DNA from: the human T2T-CHM13v2.0 reference genome, Homo sapiens
NCBI RefSeq assembly: GCF_009914755.1
Contig: NC_060930.1
DNA length: 64,000 bases
Strand: one strand, 5' to 3'
A program made the position numbers and the translations under genes. The stretch's first letter is position 1; the number at the start of each line of letters is the position of its first letter. Shown here piece by piece: positions 36,963 to 52,300 of the stretch. The notes beneath the pieces were generated by a model. The model had not been told where the DNA came from. It did not search any database and saw nothing but the letters and a program-made list of their open reading frames with translations.

Positions 36963-38480
36963 TTACCCCCCTCCCTGGGGCATGTAAGTAACATGTTGCC
37001 TTCCTTCTACAAGATGCAATTTCTCAGGTCACCTGGGGCAAGATGTGGGTGGTGAGAGGACATTTTCTGCTTCTCGTTACTTAGTTGTCTTCAGTTACAA
37101 CAAAGATATTTCGTGTATTATAGATTTTGCTTCAAAAGAATGAGTGATTCAGTGGACATCTGAAGACACTAACTCACTGATTAGCCTTCAGCTTATACAC
37201 TGAAAATACCTGTGTGGGCCTTTTCTTTATTTTGCTTATTTATCTCTTAAGACTTTTGTGCCTTATGTAAATTCACAGGGTTATACAGCAGGCTTGTAGA
37301 GCACTTACAAACTAATAAAAAGCATTGATGGATTAGATATTAATGAAAACTGTTTGCTAGAACCACACAGATTTAATAAATTTTTATCTTTACATTGAAT
37401 GCCTAGACTAGCAGAAAAAGGCATTAATTCCTATGGTCCTCTGTTTCTGGGGATTAGTCTATGTCAAATGTGGCCAATACACTTCATAAGAATTTGGATT
37501 GAAATGTGCCCTAGGTCGACGCCCTGGATTTGCAGGTCAGGTGGGTACTTACCTGTTGATGACAGACAAACCTCAATGGCTTGCATTGTCCTGTTGGGGG
37601 AGGAGGGCTTTGCAGGTGTAATCCTGGAACCAGGGCTCTCAACGGATCCCCAGGTGGGCTACAGCCATTCAGATCATATTTCATGGAGGCCAGGTGTGCT
37701 GTGGAATGTTCCCCTTCCCTGCTCACAGGCATGGGCTGGCAGGAATTCCTATTTCAGGCTGGCTCTGGCTTTTCATAGTTTCCCGCCACAGCCAGCATAA
37801 TTTATTCCCAGCCTCAAACCCTCTCCACCACTTGACCCTCCTTTTCAAAACAGAAGTGTATTGATCAGTCCAAAAAGCAAGGGAATAGAGTTTAAAGAGT
37901 AAAAAATAACTAAAAATACTAATCAGTAATGATTATATGAGAAACATTTTGGATAGAATTTAACATGAATTTGATAACAGGGACATTTAGAGCTATTATA
38001 GAGACTCCATTTATTAATATGAACTTTATAAGAATTTCCATCTTCTTTGGAAAATCCTCATTATTTATAACATGCTTTTATTTTGTGGGCCCATATCAAA
38101 TTATATTTTAAGATATAGTTTTCATCTGTTTTTCTTTTGAGTACTATGGTTATGGTAAAGCTCATATGTGAAGTGGATGGTACAGGAAAGTAAAGTATGG
38201 GGGAAGGCTATCCAGTTCCATTTCTGCCACTTACTAATTTATCCCAAATAAGTCACTGTGTTGATCTTGCTTCACTCAGAAAAATAAAATAAACTAGTAC
38301 AATTTCCCATGTACCTAGTTAGTGCTCAAAATGCTGCAATTAGGTACTCACATACCTGGAAGGCACCACCATTAAGCTAGACCAGTGATTCTCCTTCAAG
38401 CGAATACTTGTTCAAAATTCTTCCCAGAGTGTGGCCAGTAGGCTTTGGAAAAAGAAAAGCAGTCTTAAGATCTTGAAGAA

Positions 38481-38856
<376 letters not shown>

Positions 38857-38939
38857 CTAACTAAAGGACAGAAATAAATAAATGGTGAAGTCAGAAAACT
38901 AACAGAATGAAAACAAAACCTATCTAAAGAATAGCTGCA

Positions 38940-39345
38940 TTCTCTGTGGTGGTGGAAAAGTTTTGTATGTTGATTATGGTGGAGTTGATATGAGCTTGTA
39001 CATGTGATTAAATGTCATAGAAATATAGATGAGGATATATATTTAAAAGTTATAGAACTATACAGAAAGGCATGCCAAAAATAAAAATAAAAATGAGTGC
39101 CTGAAATAAATGGAAAAATCCAAGAAAAGCTGTAGTCTAGTTAATTGTATGGTACCAACATCAACCTCCTGGTTTTTCTTTTGTCCTAGCATCATTACGG
39201 ACGTTACCTTCAGGGAATCTGAGTGAAGGGCACATGGAATCCCTCTTCACTCTGTGGGCATCCTCCTGTGAGCTGCACATCCTCCTGTGAGTTGCACATC
39301 CTCCGGTGAGCCTCTACTTACCTCAAAATAAGAAAATTGTAAAAA
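38940..39345 (+). mobile_element. L1M 3' end fragment with a small internal 19-bp triplication (39259-39310)
   Basis: GGTGGAAAAGTTTTGTATGTTGATTATGGTGG...CTGAGTGAAGGGCACATGGAAT...CAAAATAAGAAAA. Confidence 0.65.
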
Positions 39346-39468
39346 GCAGCTGCATGGTATTTCATAACATGATGCATCACTGTTTGTATTGGTTGAACCT
39401 TTTTATGGTGGGAAGATATTACCCAATTCTGGCCACCCGGGGCCACGTGGGTTTGATTTTCTGAGACT

Positions 39469-40100
<632 letters not shown>

Positions 40101-42143
40101 TGACGAGATCCACTAAATATATAAGTTGTTTCTTTAGAGGAAAATTATTATGTCTTGAAAGAGTCAGATTATGTTGTTGATGAGGTGAACATTCATCCAA
40201 TAAGTGATAGTGATGTAATTTAAAGACATAAAATGACTTAATTGGTAAATTCATCAAGTTAGAATTTTTGGATAAAAATTTATATGAGTTTATTTTCAGT
40301 GTCCTCTCCAGGTTGAAATTTGAGTTCTTTCACTTGCTATTCATGTGATTTTTGAACAGGTTATGTAACCTCGTTAAGCCAAGATCTCATTCTTCAAATG
40401 GGCACTATCATAATGTAGTCATCCTAACACTGTTGAGATGAAGATAAGCAATCAGATGGTCCTCAGTGGGTACCCAATGACTAAAAATGCCTTTTCCTTT
40501 TTATGAAATAAGCTGGTAAATTCTGTTTGGATACCAACACAAATCTTCCAAAGATCTTGTCACACCACCCTTAGATTGACTTACATTTTGTGCTACTAAC
40601 AGCATAGCAAGCCTCACAATCAAATGACCTGCACCTTGCAAAATAGCATTATATAGAAGGCTCAAGTGTAGTATCTAGTTCTCCCTTCAATCAAAAAAAT
40701 ACTGCCACAGGCCTGAGCACATGAAGGCCGTGTGTCCTTTCCTCCACAGCTTGGAGGCACAGGACCTGAAGGGGCTGGGCCAGTGTATGGGGCAGATGCA
40801 CCCTCGCACTTTTGGTGGTGAGATGGAAGCTGGCAATGTCTCTCACCCTGCATTCCAGCATCAACGCCCTGTCCAGCCCTGGCATTTGCTTGGAATAACT
40901 CATCATTGCTTCACAAACCTGCCTTCTGCATGGGAGTAACAGAGTGACATTTGATAGCCCAACAAGTTGTCCTCACGAGTGCCATGAATGGAGCCCTGCC
41001 TAGACAGGAGACAAGGGGCCCAAACCTTGGGGATGGCTCAGATGCTGCTAGTTATAGGGGCTGCAGAGCAACAGGCTTTCAGGGGAGTTAGCTTAATACT
41101 TGGCAAATTGCGCTGCGCTTGCTGCAAGGAAACCAGGTGGCATTTCTCGAGAGTCCCAGGGGCTTCCAGTCTCCTCTTCCTACCTGGGAGCACTAAGCAG
41201 AGGAACCAGAGGGGACTGGGGGTGCAAGATGTGCAAGGAGCTGAATCACATTCATCCCATGCATTCGCTAAACAGACTAACTCATACTAAAAACATGAAA
41301 GCAAATCTCACAAAGAATGCTGTTTCTTTTCTATCATTACAAAAAAATCAAGGCACAAAGTATTCACCCGATGGTCAGCTCATGCTAAGTACTGGTCTTC
41401 TCTTTACTTTGAATATGGGAAGAAATTCCTGCATCCTCCATGGCTGCCGCTTTCCATGGCTGTTGGTTGGTGCAGGAGACAGACACAGCTTTAGTGTTGC
41501 CATAGGAGCTGGCCACCTGGAGAATATTAGGCTTAATTAGCACTTTGACATTTCCCAGGAATTTAAATACACTTGACTCTCACTCCATGTGTATTTTTCT
41601 GACCCTGGGGAGGCTGGATGCCAGGGTTCTCTAGCAGACGCTGGTGGCTCCGGGTGGCATGAGCTGGAGCCGCCTTCAGCACCCTGCCAGGCGCCCAGCC
41701 TGGATGAATGCATCTTTTTGAGCCACTTTTTGGCTTTCAGAGATTCTGAGGACACCACCTCTCCCTGTTCTCCTGAGTTTTCAAGGAGAGGGTTTTTACT
41801 TGGAGCCAGGACAAGAACACTGCCGCGTCTCAGCCGTGCCAAATGAGAACCACATGCAGGAGGCGTCCTGGAGAGCAGCAGACTCGCGGCCTCCTGGCTC
41901 CTGGCCTGGCAGCTCCTAGGATGGAGACAGCAGTGCTGGCTGATCGTCCAGCGCAGCATGGGGAGCGGGGCAGGAGAAGGGGCAGGAGAGCTTGCTACTC
42001 CTTTTCGTGGCTGTTTTTGAAAATTTTGTGACACTTTTTTTTAATTCCTATAAAATGAGAAATGAAAATTCCATTCATTTTCAGTGTTTAAATGGGAACT
42101 GTAATTCTACCCTCTGATGATGTAAAAACAAATAATTCATTAA

Positions 42144-42496
<353 letters not shown>

Positions 42497-44121
42497 TTCC
42501 ATATGTATTTAATTCAGAAAATGTATTAGGATGGAAGTTTCAAACAGGCTGAAGAAGGGAAAATGGAAAGTCACTGGTGGATAAGGTCAGACACCACTGT
42601 CATTCCACCACAGGCTCTTGGTGGCAGGGGGATTGAAAAGGGGGCCCCCACCCTCTGCATCCAGGAACAGCACACCTGGGCGGTGTGGCAATGTCTGGCA
42701 TACAGGTGTGTTAGAGGCTGAGCAGGTGAGCAGAGGTGCATCTGTGCCTTTGCACACTGCCTGCGTCCATTGCCCTGGCCTGCCGCCCAGAGCCCTTCCC
42801 TTGAGCACAGCAGCCCTCCTGCCAGCTCCCTGGACCCAGTGCCCTTATGGCCTGGAAAGAAAATCGGTTGCCCCTCTTGCCAAGCAAAACACCTCTCCTC
42901 TCCTGAGTCATGCTCCTGAGGTGTCGGGAGGCCGGGACCGAGTCCAGTCATTATCCTCCCCCTAGCACCGCCTTCCCCCCACTGATGAGGGCAGAGGGGT
43001 CTCACAGCTTCTCCTTGTTCCTCTGCTTCTCCCCACTCCTGAGCCTCTCCCCATTTCTCCGCCTCTCCCCTGTTCCATCTGGCAGCACCATGACATGGTG
43101 GAAATAATGCTGGGACTGGAGACAGGTGGTAGCCCCCAGGCCTCTCTCTGTGTGGATAGCCTGGAGCCCTGGTTGTGGGCAGAGAATAGACTGGGGCCAG
43201 ACTCAGCACAGGTGTGAGGCTCAAGGCAACGGGCCTTGGGAAGTAAGCAGGGAGGGCATCATGGTGGTGGCTACCAGCCTGGGCTGGCATGGAGAGCTTG
43301 GTCACTGCATCTGAACCTGTCTTTAACACAGAACTATCTCGACATCCATGGTGCTACCTTAGAAACCAGCCTTTGCTAGAACAGGTAGACGGAATCTGCC
43401 TTCTGTATGCTCTGAGTGATTCCAGAGACTGCCACTCTAGGCATTTTCCTACTCGTGGTCCAAAATTGGTCTTTCAGGCGAGTCTAGTTAGGAGACAGCA
43501 AGGTGACATGAGGGGTTAGGGGCTGTGTCACTCCAGAATTCTGACCTCCTCCACCTTTAGTCACTGTGTAACTTGTTAAATGTCTCTCCCCGCATTTTCT
43601 AACTACTGAAATGGAGATGAATGTCCACCTGTTGGGGTGCTGGGTCATTTACCTGGAACTGGGTGTGGAGTGCTTAGCGCTCAGCAGGGGCTGGGTTACT
43701 GCACCGAACTCCAGTTCCTCCTCCACCACTAGTGCCCTTCCCTGCTCCAAGCCACCAAGCAAACCATCACCTGGGAGAGGCGAGCTGGGCTCCTGCCCTG
43801 CTGGGGCACAAGATTCGGGCAGGACAGAGGCTCCTGGACACCCTTCCCCATCAGGCCTGCTGAGAAGACGACCCACGAGGGAAAGCCCATGACCACACTA
43901 TGTTCTCCAGTGTTGAAGTGACGGGAGACACACCTGGGTATAGAATGGGTATTCTCCCCACATCAGGAGGGCGCGCTCACTTGGATGCTGGCCCTGCTCA
44001 ACGGCCTCGTGTCCTGCAGCTTCTCCCCAGCATAGCCGATGTGGCATGGCTTCCGTGGTGTTCCTGCTGTACCTCTGCATGTTTGGGTGAGCACTGCTGC
44101 ACCCCCCCATTTGTCTCTCCT

Positions 44122-44264
44122 AGATTTGGAAGACAGCGCTGTCCACACTCCTCTCTGTCGTTCATGGATTTGGGGGACAGCGCTCTCTACCCCCTTCCTC
44201 TGTGTCATTTGTGGATTTGGGGTACAGCACTCTCTACCCTCCTCCTCTGTGTCATATGTAGATT
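44122..44264. repeat. ~45-47-bp degenerate tandem x3
   Basis: GATTTGG...ACAGCGCTCTCTACCC...CTCTGTGTCAT repeated. Confidence 0.75.
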
Positions 44265-44456
44265 CACCTCCTCCAGCAGGTACCTTCCTTAAGGGCAGGG
44301 CCTGAGTCTCTCACACACAGTCTCGGTATCTGGTGCAGTTAGTAATTAATATGCACGTGGCTGGAGCGACTAGTTCAGCCTTAGGCCATCGCCAATTGAG
44401 AGTCCAGGTTGCTTTCAACAATTCCAGAGCTTCAGGTCTTTTCCCCAGAACTTACA

Positions 44457-44518
44457 GATGGGAAAAATTGTCTCCTGTGAAACCAGTTCCTGGTGCCAAA
44501 AAGGTGGGGAATGGCTGC
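44457..44518 (+). mobile_element. MER1-like hAT-Charlie terminal fragment
   Basis: GGAAAAATTGTCTCCTGTGAAACCAGTTCCTGGTGCCAAAAAGGTGGGGA. Confidence 0.7.
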
Positions 44519-44854
44519 CTTGCATGGTTCCCTTTGTCTTTTTGAAGAGATGATGTTTTCCCAAATTACCTCGTGACTAAGTGCCACCGTAGTTTATTAG
44601 GATTTCTGTGTAAAATGCTCCTGAACATGAGGACAAAAGGGCCTCATGAAGCCTCAGTAGGACTGGACCCCTTCTCCCAGGAAACACTGGGATGCGAGCA
44701 GATCCTAGTGCCAGCCCTAGCCTTGCTCCCCTGTCAAAGGGCACGCTGCCTCACCCTGGGTGGGGGACAGGTGGTCTTTCCTGCATTGCTCTTCATTTTG
44801 GTAGCTTTCCATTCAGCCCTGAAGGCCTTGCCTTTTCTCACCATCTTATCAGTA

Positions 44855-44965
44855 TAGCTGATAGCCCAAGACCTCAGCCAGTCCTGCCACCATTGACATT
44901 CTCCTGGGTTAGCTGATAGCCCAGGACCTCAGCCAGGCCCTGCCACCAGTGACCTTCTCCTGGGT
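44855..44965. repeat. 55-bp tandem duplication
   Basis: TAGCTGATAGCCCA..ACCTCAGCCAG...TTCTCCTGGGT at 44855 and 44910. Confidence 0.9.
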
Positions 44966-47182
44966 GCCCCTGGGCTTTTCATATTTTCTTTCCCATCCTT
45001 CGCTTGAGTGCAGAGGGCTCCTGGTTTCATTCCTGTGACCGCATCCTCTCACTCTCCTCCCATGACTCTGGTTCCATTTGCCATTCACACTCCAAACAAG
45101 CGTCCTGCACCTTTTAGCCAAATGTCCTTCTGGCGATATTGTGATCCTGGTAAGAGTGGAGAAATAATAATCCACCCACAAACTCTCACCATCCAGGAGA
45201 AAGAAAACTATCCCTGTCCTCCTTCTAAACATTGCATAGAATACACATAGAAATCAAAAGGGTTTTTTTGTTGTTTTTTTTGGAACCAAAACATGAAGCA
45301 GACATGTTTTCCTTTTCCATTTTCCTTTGGCCACAAATATTGAAATGAAAATGGCAACTGAGCTCTAAATGTAAAACCCACCAAGAGGTGGTAATAAACT
45401 GTGAAGCATTAGCCTTCAGTCTTCAAACTGAGAGTTCAGCCTTTCCCTGTCAGTTCAGCCCCACGTGGGGTGCAGGCCTTCCCTGCACTGGCAGGAAACT
45501 GAAGTAGGAGCAGATCTCTTCATTGGGCTGTGAGATGGGGCTGCAGGCTGTGGGGGCTGGTAGATGTTTAACAACTGGCCCCTCTCTCGCACACACCTCT
45601 CTCCACACACAAAGAAGACAAGGAAAAAATAAGTCCTGGTTTTCAGCATCTACCAATTTCAGTGGTATAAATACTTCCACGTTGGTTGGTATCAAGCCTC
45701 CAACATGGCATCAATCAACACACAGAGTTCCTTAGAACTTGACCATTGCCTCTGGGCCACTGGCGTGGGCCTGCTGTAGCCCGGCGAATTGTGAGCCCAA
45801 CCAGGGTAAAGCTGAACCTGGGAGTCTTCCACGGGCTTCTGTGTTTTTGGCGTGTTTCCTGGGAAGGGGCATCCTGGCTCTGACCTCATTTTCATGCTTG
45901 GCTGTCAGCTGAGCTGTGAGTGGAATGAGGGGCGGGCCCGCCACGTGGGGAGGGCAGTTGCTGTGGCCATCTGGATGGTGGCTTGGGTCACGTTTGCAGG
46001 GCTAATAGAATCTCATAGAATGCAAAGCTTGAGGAGAACTCGGTCCGCTCTGGCCGCGGTTAGATCCCTCCGCAGGCACAGACTGTTGCTGGTGCCAGAG
46101 ATGCTCCTCTCGGGGGGCACAGTGAAGCCGGCAGGGAAACCAAACAGCCTGAGCGTCTTTTTCGGGGGCTGGGATTGAGCAGCTGCGCTGCGATGATCCG
46201 CTTCCACGCACAAGGCCACAAACATGGCTTTGGAGCCCACCATACAGTGACTCCTTTGACGTAGAAGTAACATTTATTAAGGAGAAGAACACTGGCTCTA
46301 TGTATTCCCTCAGTCAGTGGCTTTTTCGCCTGAGACCCTTAAGGAATCCTCTAGGAACAGTCTGCCATGGGCTTCTCTCTTAAGGTACTCCCCCCTCCTT
46401 CATGACAAAATAATCATAACTGCACCTCACAGGCAAGTGGACAAAATAATCTTAACTACACCTCACAGGCAAGCAGCACTCTGGCACTGGCAGAGCACTT
46501 CTTATCTAATATGTCCCATTTCGCGTTTGCAGCAAGACCGCAAAGCTTACAGTACATTATGCATTTGGAGACCAGAAGTGGCCCGAACCCCACAGGGCAC
46601 TGGACTGGAGGGTGGAGCTCCCATGTCAACCTGGAATCCCCCTCCCAGAGGCTCCTCCCAGCTCCCCAGCCCTCCCCGCTGTGACCAGCAGGGCAGAAAC
46701 GGGGACAGAGGGACGGAAGAGGAAACAGTCTTTTTTTGTTTTTATGTATTCTGGAGTAAAATGTACATCCAGCTCTTATTCTTAATAATTTGGACTAAGA
46801 GGCTTTACAATTATCCTCTTGGTTCCAATGCACAACTATTTGCTAAACTTGCTTACCTACAGCAAAGCCGACCCTCACCCCATCTCTGCATTCTACTGCA
46901 TTTCACCACCTCTGCTAATAACCATCACTTGGAGTAACACAAGTGAATAAAAGCAAGGGTGGCAGCTTCTTTCCTGAAGGCAGCTGAGGACACCACTGAC
47001 CCAGGCCCGTAAGACTGGAAGGCTCCCCATGGCCTGGGAACTCGAGTGGGAGCACTCGGGATGCCTGGGGCCTCTGCTTGCACTACATCATCAAGTCCGT
47101 TTGATGCATCTCCAAGAGGAATATTATTGGCCATATTTTGCAAATGAGGAAACTACTAGAAAGTGTAAGAAAAGTAAACGTA

Positions 47183-47718
47183 CACAGCGCCCCAGGGCAG
47201 ATACGGAGTCCTCTAGCAAGCAGCACCCCAGGGCAGGCACAGAGTCCTCCAGTACGCAGAGCCCCAGGGCGGGCACGGAGTCCTCCAGCACACAACACCC
47301 CAGGGCGGGCACGGAGTCCTCCAGCACACAACACCCCAGGGCGGGCACGGGGTCCTCCAGCACACAACACCCCAGGGCGGGCACGGGGTCCTCCAGCACG
47401 CAACACCCCAGGGCGGGCACGGGGTCCTCCAGCACGCAACACCCCAGGGCGGGCACGGGGTCCTCCAGCACACAACACCCCAGGGCGGGCACGGGGTCCT
47501 CCAGCACGCAACACCCCAGGGCGGGCACGGGGTCCTCCAGCACGCAACACCCCAGGGCGGGCACGGGGTCCTCCAGCACACAGCACCCCAGGGCGGGCAC
47601 GGAGTCCTCCAGCACACAGCACCCCAGGGCGGGCACGGGGTCCTCCAGCACACAGCACCCCAGGGCGGGCACGGAGTCCTCTCTAGCACGCAGCCCCCAG
47701 GGCGGGCACGGAGTCCTC
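47183..47718. repeat. 36-bp CpG-rich VNTR, ~15 copies (CCCCAGGGCGGGCACGGRGTCCTCCAGCACRCARCA)
   Basis: Period 36 (GCGGGCACGG at 47341, 47377...); 12-aa repeats in the ORFs. Confidence 0.97.
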
Positions 47719-47964
47719 TGGTATGAAACACACGCTCTGAGCTCAGAGCCACTTCTCAGATTCACACATCCCATTGCCTGGATGACATGCCCTGTGCTCT
47801 TTCTCCCATGATAAACCTGACATTTTAAGGATAATCAGGCTGCTTTTTACGGTAAGTGATGCAGAAATGGCGCCTGCCTTCACCTTCATAGCTGCTGCTA
47901 AGAAGGAGATTGTTTTATTGTGATGATGATTTTAGAAGGTGTTGATTTACAAACAAAAGTAGCA

Positions 47965-47978
47965 CCGCCAGATGGCCC
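47965..47978 (+). promoter_or_regulatory. Candidate CTCF motif CCGCCAGATGGCCC
   Basis: Resembles the CTCF core CCRSYAGRKGGCRS; motif only. Confidence 0.35.
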
Positions 47979-49214
47979 TGAGGTTTTCATGGGGTACCAG
48001 TGACACATCCCATTAGCAGGCAGCACAGTGCAGGTGGTGAGCGCTCCAGTGCAGCACCAGACTCGCTTGGGGTTGAGTCTTGGCTCTTACTGTATCCTTG
48101 GGCCCGTAGAGCAGTCCCTCAGCATTTTTGGGCTTCCATTTCGCCATCCATAAGACATTCCTAATAGTTTATCACAGAGTTGTCAGGAAGGTGACAAAAC
48201 CCACAGCCTTCGGTCTGGAGGAGCGCAGGAGCTGGTGAAGGACGACCCGTGTTTGCATTTTTTAGATGATTGCCGTGAGGACCACTTTCTACTGCACGAG
48301 CAGGCAGCGTTCTGGCAGCTGCTGGGTGTTTTGATTCTCGCGTAACCCTCCCTATGCCTTTAGTCATTGAGTTGAGGATATTTATTCATCAAACTTGTAC
48401 CGGAGCCAGAGTCCTCAACAGATGAGGAGCCACCGGCGTTTTGCTGTCCCGTGTGTTCTTGGTTGACGGGCGTTTTGCTGTCCTGCGTGTTCTTGGTTGC
48501 TCTGGGCACCTGTCGGGAGATGCTGCCCGTTGACTCCGCAGGACGCTTCCCTTGGGATGAGTTCTCAGAAATTAGCCAATGCTGCTGCCGCATGGCCCCA
48601 CGACTGGCCTGTGCCAGGCTTTCCTGCTGACCAGTTCCCTGAGGATGAAGAACCCCAGGTGAGCATGGCAGTTCAGGGGAGTTCTCAGTTCTTAAAACAC
48701 GTGTCTTCTCAGTTCAAGACACATTCTTGAAACTTTCTAGGGCAACGAGGGTTCCTGTGTTAGCCACTGCAGGGCTCGGGGAGCTTGCTCTCCAAATCAC
48801 GGCACTGAGCTGGGCTGCGACACGTGCTCAGTTCCTGGGAGCACCTCTCCAGGCCAGGAGGGTGCACACGGGGCTGCTCCCCACACCCACCCGTGATGAT
48901 CCCCTGAGTTCCCGGTGGGAGCTGTGCAGACCACTCCCGGGTTTTCATGCCTGTCCCTTCAAGATGGCCCTTCTCCTGCCAGATCTGCCCTTGGATCCCT
49001 GAACCTTCCTAACTCTTTACAGACACAGCGAATGTGAGTGCTTCGAAAGCTACTCGTGAGTCTTTTTGAACGTGCATCCCTGTGTTCTGCTGCTTGCTGT
49101 GGGCAAGAATTTTCTGACTGATTGTTGTGAGCAGCATTTATCTTTGAAGCTGCCATTTTACTTTCTGAGACATAAAGTGGTAATTTCATAATGGAATTGT
49201 ATTAGATCTTTATA

Positions 49215-49394
49215 ACTTTCTTTTTTTTCTTTTTTCTTTCATAATTATTATACTTTAAGTTTTAGAGTACATGTGCACAACGTGCAGGTTTGTTTGTTAC
49301 ATATGTATACATGTGCCATGTTGGTGTGCTGCACCCATTAACTCGTCATTTAGCATTAGGTATATCTCCTAATGCTATCCCTCCCCCCTCCCCA
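49215..49394 (-). mobile_element. Short, young L1PA (PA3/4-like) 3' end
   Basis: TTATTATACTTTAAGTTTTAG...CATGTGCACAACGTGCAGG...CTAATGCTATCCCTCCCCCCTCCCC. Confidence 0.92.
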
Positions 49395-52300
49395 TTTGCT
49401 TCAGTTGCCTCTGCATCTGTGCAGGGAGCTTTATAAAGACATTAAGGAAATACTGCATTTGCCATTTGAAAAGCCTCAAATGTGCAGATTTGAGATGGGT
49501 TCAAAGGTACAGATTGGAGATGCTGACACAGTTTCTATGCATGGATTCACCTTCATGAAGGTACTTGTTAGAGCTTCCTCTAGAAGTGTCAGGGATGCCA
49601 CCATAACGCAAACTGTGGTTTTGATTATCTCACAAATTCATCCCACATCTAAGACAGGCCAAGTAAGAGGAGATGCCAGGTTTCCTGTGGAACACAAGCA
49701 TGATGGTATGGAGAGCCTTACTGTTTGTTTTTCCCCAGATGGAATAAAATTCCCTGGAGTTTGAATTCTCAGAAGTAAGGTGTCAGATTCCAACCCTTTC
49801 ATATCCCCCAGGGCCACAATTTTAGAGACAAAATATGCTTAGCTTCTGGGGTAGAAGTGAGATTTAGCCACGGTTCAGTGCATTTGAACACGCATGCCTA
49901 TACGTCGCTGTGGCCTGGCTTCCTCTGAAGAGGATCTCACCTTAGCTCCCAGAGGTGAGTTAACTGGACGTAAAACAGACAGGTGCAAGAAGACAGTCAT
50001 TCATGGCGGCATGAAAATACATTTTGTCTAACGTCACCTTTAAGTCATGACAGAATATGAGAGGAAATCAGAGGGACCATGCTGTCGTCCTGGGTGCAAA
50101 ATAAAAGTCGAGTTTCGTGGGTCCTGGCCATTTCTAGGACCAGTTATATTTTTGATGAAGCCACATTGGATGTTAAGTAAAGTACGCTCTTTGCCTGTTT
50201 CTGGGTAATGGATCTGGAGGGATTGGAATACATTTTTTGTATTTTTTCAAAATATTACAATGGGCATGATAATTTTTAGCAAGAATCAGTGAAGTAATTA
50301 AAATAAAAACATTTTATGCTTTATGCTTTTCTAGAAATTGCCATTTTGTTTGTCAACCCTGTGATTTAATAACTCAATGCTTGAATGCTGCTGCGTGATA
50401 ATGAGGGAAAAATGGGAACAGGAGACATGTTTGCTGTTGGATGTGGAGTGCAAAAACACAATTGTGATTTGGCCAAAGAACAGCTCACTAGCAAATATCT
50501 ACCTCCAGGGAAAACCGAGTTCACTTGCTCTAGCAAAGCTGGCTTCATGGACGGATGGGAAGATTAAGTGGTTAATTTCCATAAAGTCTGGAAGAGTGCC
50601 TGGCGTAGCTTAGGCACATCAATCAATGTAAGTTATGCTTGCGGTTATTAAAATATTGACATAAAAATGAGAGTATGCATTCAATGTCCTCTTTATTTTT
50701 AATCTTTCGGTGTCTAAAATAATGACATATTGCCAGTAATAAATTCAGCATGAACACTTACTACAGCCACTATTTAAATTCATGATATCAGTTACATAAA
50801 TATTTTTGCGTTTTCACTTAGTACGGTCTTTTCATTTACTAAATGCCTCTCTGGAATTATATTTATGATTTGATATTTCTGTTATGAGGAAGAAGTTGTG
50901 GAGGTCAGTGTAGGGCAGTTAAGAGAAGGACTCTGAGACAGAACACTGATGATAAGCCTGGGCCACCCAGGCAAGGATTTTCCATTACTTTTGGACCAGT
51001 CCACTGGCAATAGCATTGCTTTGGCAACTCTGAGGTGACATCACTTTGTCTCTTGTTCTCTGCGTTTTCCTCTTGACATTTATTAGGGCAGTGGACTTCT
51101 GCTTGACATCATCTTGAAAGTCTAGGCTTGTTATATTGTGTCATAAATAAATATAACTGCTATTTCCAGAAAACAGAGACACAGTCAGTTCAAAATTAGA
51201 AATTGAATAGAAGCTCCATGGAGAACCAGTGAGATGTCGCCATGATGTAAAATTTGGAAGGACAGGTCCAGCCACAGGGAGACAAAGTATGTGTGAGAGC
51301 AAAGGAGCCGCTGGTTCCTGAAGTCAGGGTTGCAATCTTCGGGGAAATGTGTGGGTGGATCGGGGCAAGGTGATGGAACTGGGAGACCTGGCTAGGTGAG
51401 TGGGAGACTCTCTTAGAGCCGTGCAGTTTGATGGAAGGGGGCGTGGGGCACGAGGCGGTGGACAGAGGGCAGGATTGGGAGCATCTGGGGCTGCTACATG
51501 GAATGCTGGCTCTGTGCCATCTACCACCTGTGACCGTTTTCCATCTCTAAACCCAGATCTGTCATCTCGCAAGGCCCCTGTCACCAGCACATGCCGCAAG
51601 GTCATGGCCCCTGCCCTCCCGCAGAGGCTGAGATGGAGATGCAGAGCCCCCCATCTGCTCAGAAGAAGGACGCAGAACATGACTTGCTTTGATGATTTCC
51701 AATAAACTTCCCCGCTGACTTTCCTCTCATCTCTTCCCCTCCCTCCTTCATTGTATCCTTTCTCAGTTGAAAGCAGGAAAGGCAGGCAGGGAGGGGTCTT
51801 CATGTGGGGCCCTGGGAGGTGGCCAGTCAGGGGTCAGGGAGGCATTTGCTTTTGAGTTGGAGACTGATGCTCACTGGAAAACTTGCCTTTGACTCTCGTC
51901 AGAACTCTTCACAGGGCTTCAGTGGGTGCGGGTGAAGGGGCCTCCTGGGGGAAAGTAAGGGAGCACAGAGCAAATTACCCAAACACCACACCTGCAGATG
52001 CACTCTATCCCTCAGCCAGCCTCATTCCTGCCCAAGGTAACAGAGCCAGCAGGTCCTCATCACGGTGCCATGGGGACGTCCGCTCTCCTGCCCACCCCCA
52101 CGCAGGTGCTGTGTGTCCCAAGTCCACCCTCTTCACCCTGGGATGAAAGAAAGGCATGCAGGAAATTCAAGGGGCCAGCTGGCTCTGAAGCATCATTGCT
52201 GGACGCTGTTTTTATAACAACCACTGAGCGAGATGGTTGAACGCCGCATGCACAGAACTCCACCGGCTGAATGGTCTGTGGGCTGGGATTTGCATTCAAG

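Noticed and set aside
42571-43329. 252-aa minus-strand ORF
   Set aside because: No recognisable domain; GC-rich sequence with a degenerate 18-bp repeat; chance ORF.
47029-47811. Long repetitive ORFs on both strands, or a CRISPR-like array
   Set aside because: Head-to-tail 36-bp VNTR without unique spacers, in a eukaryotic context.
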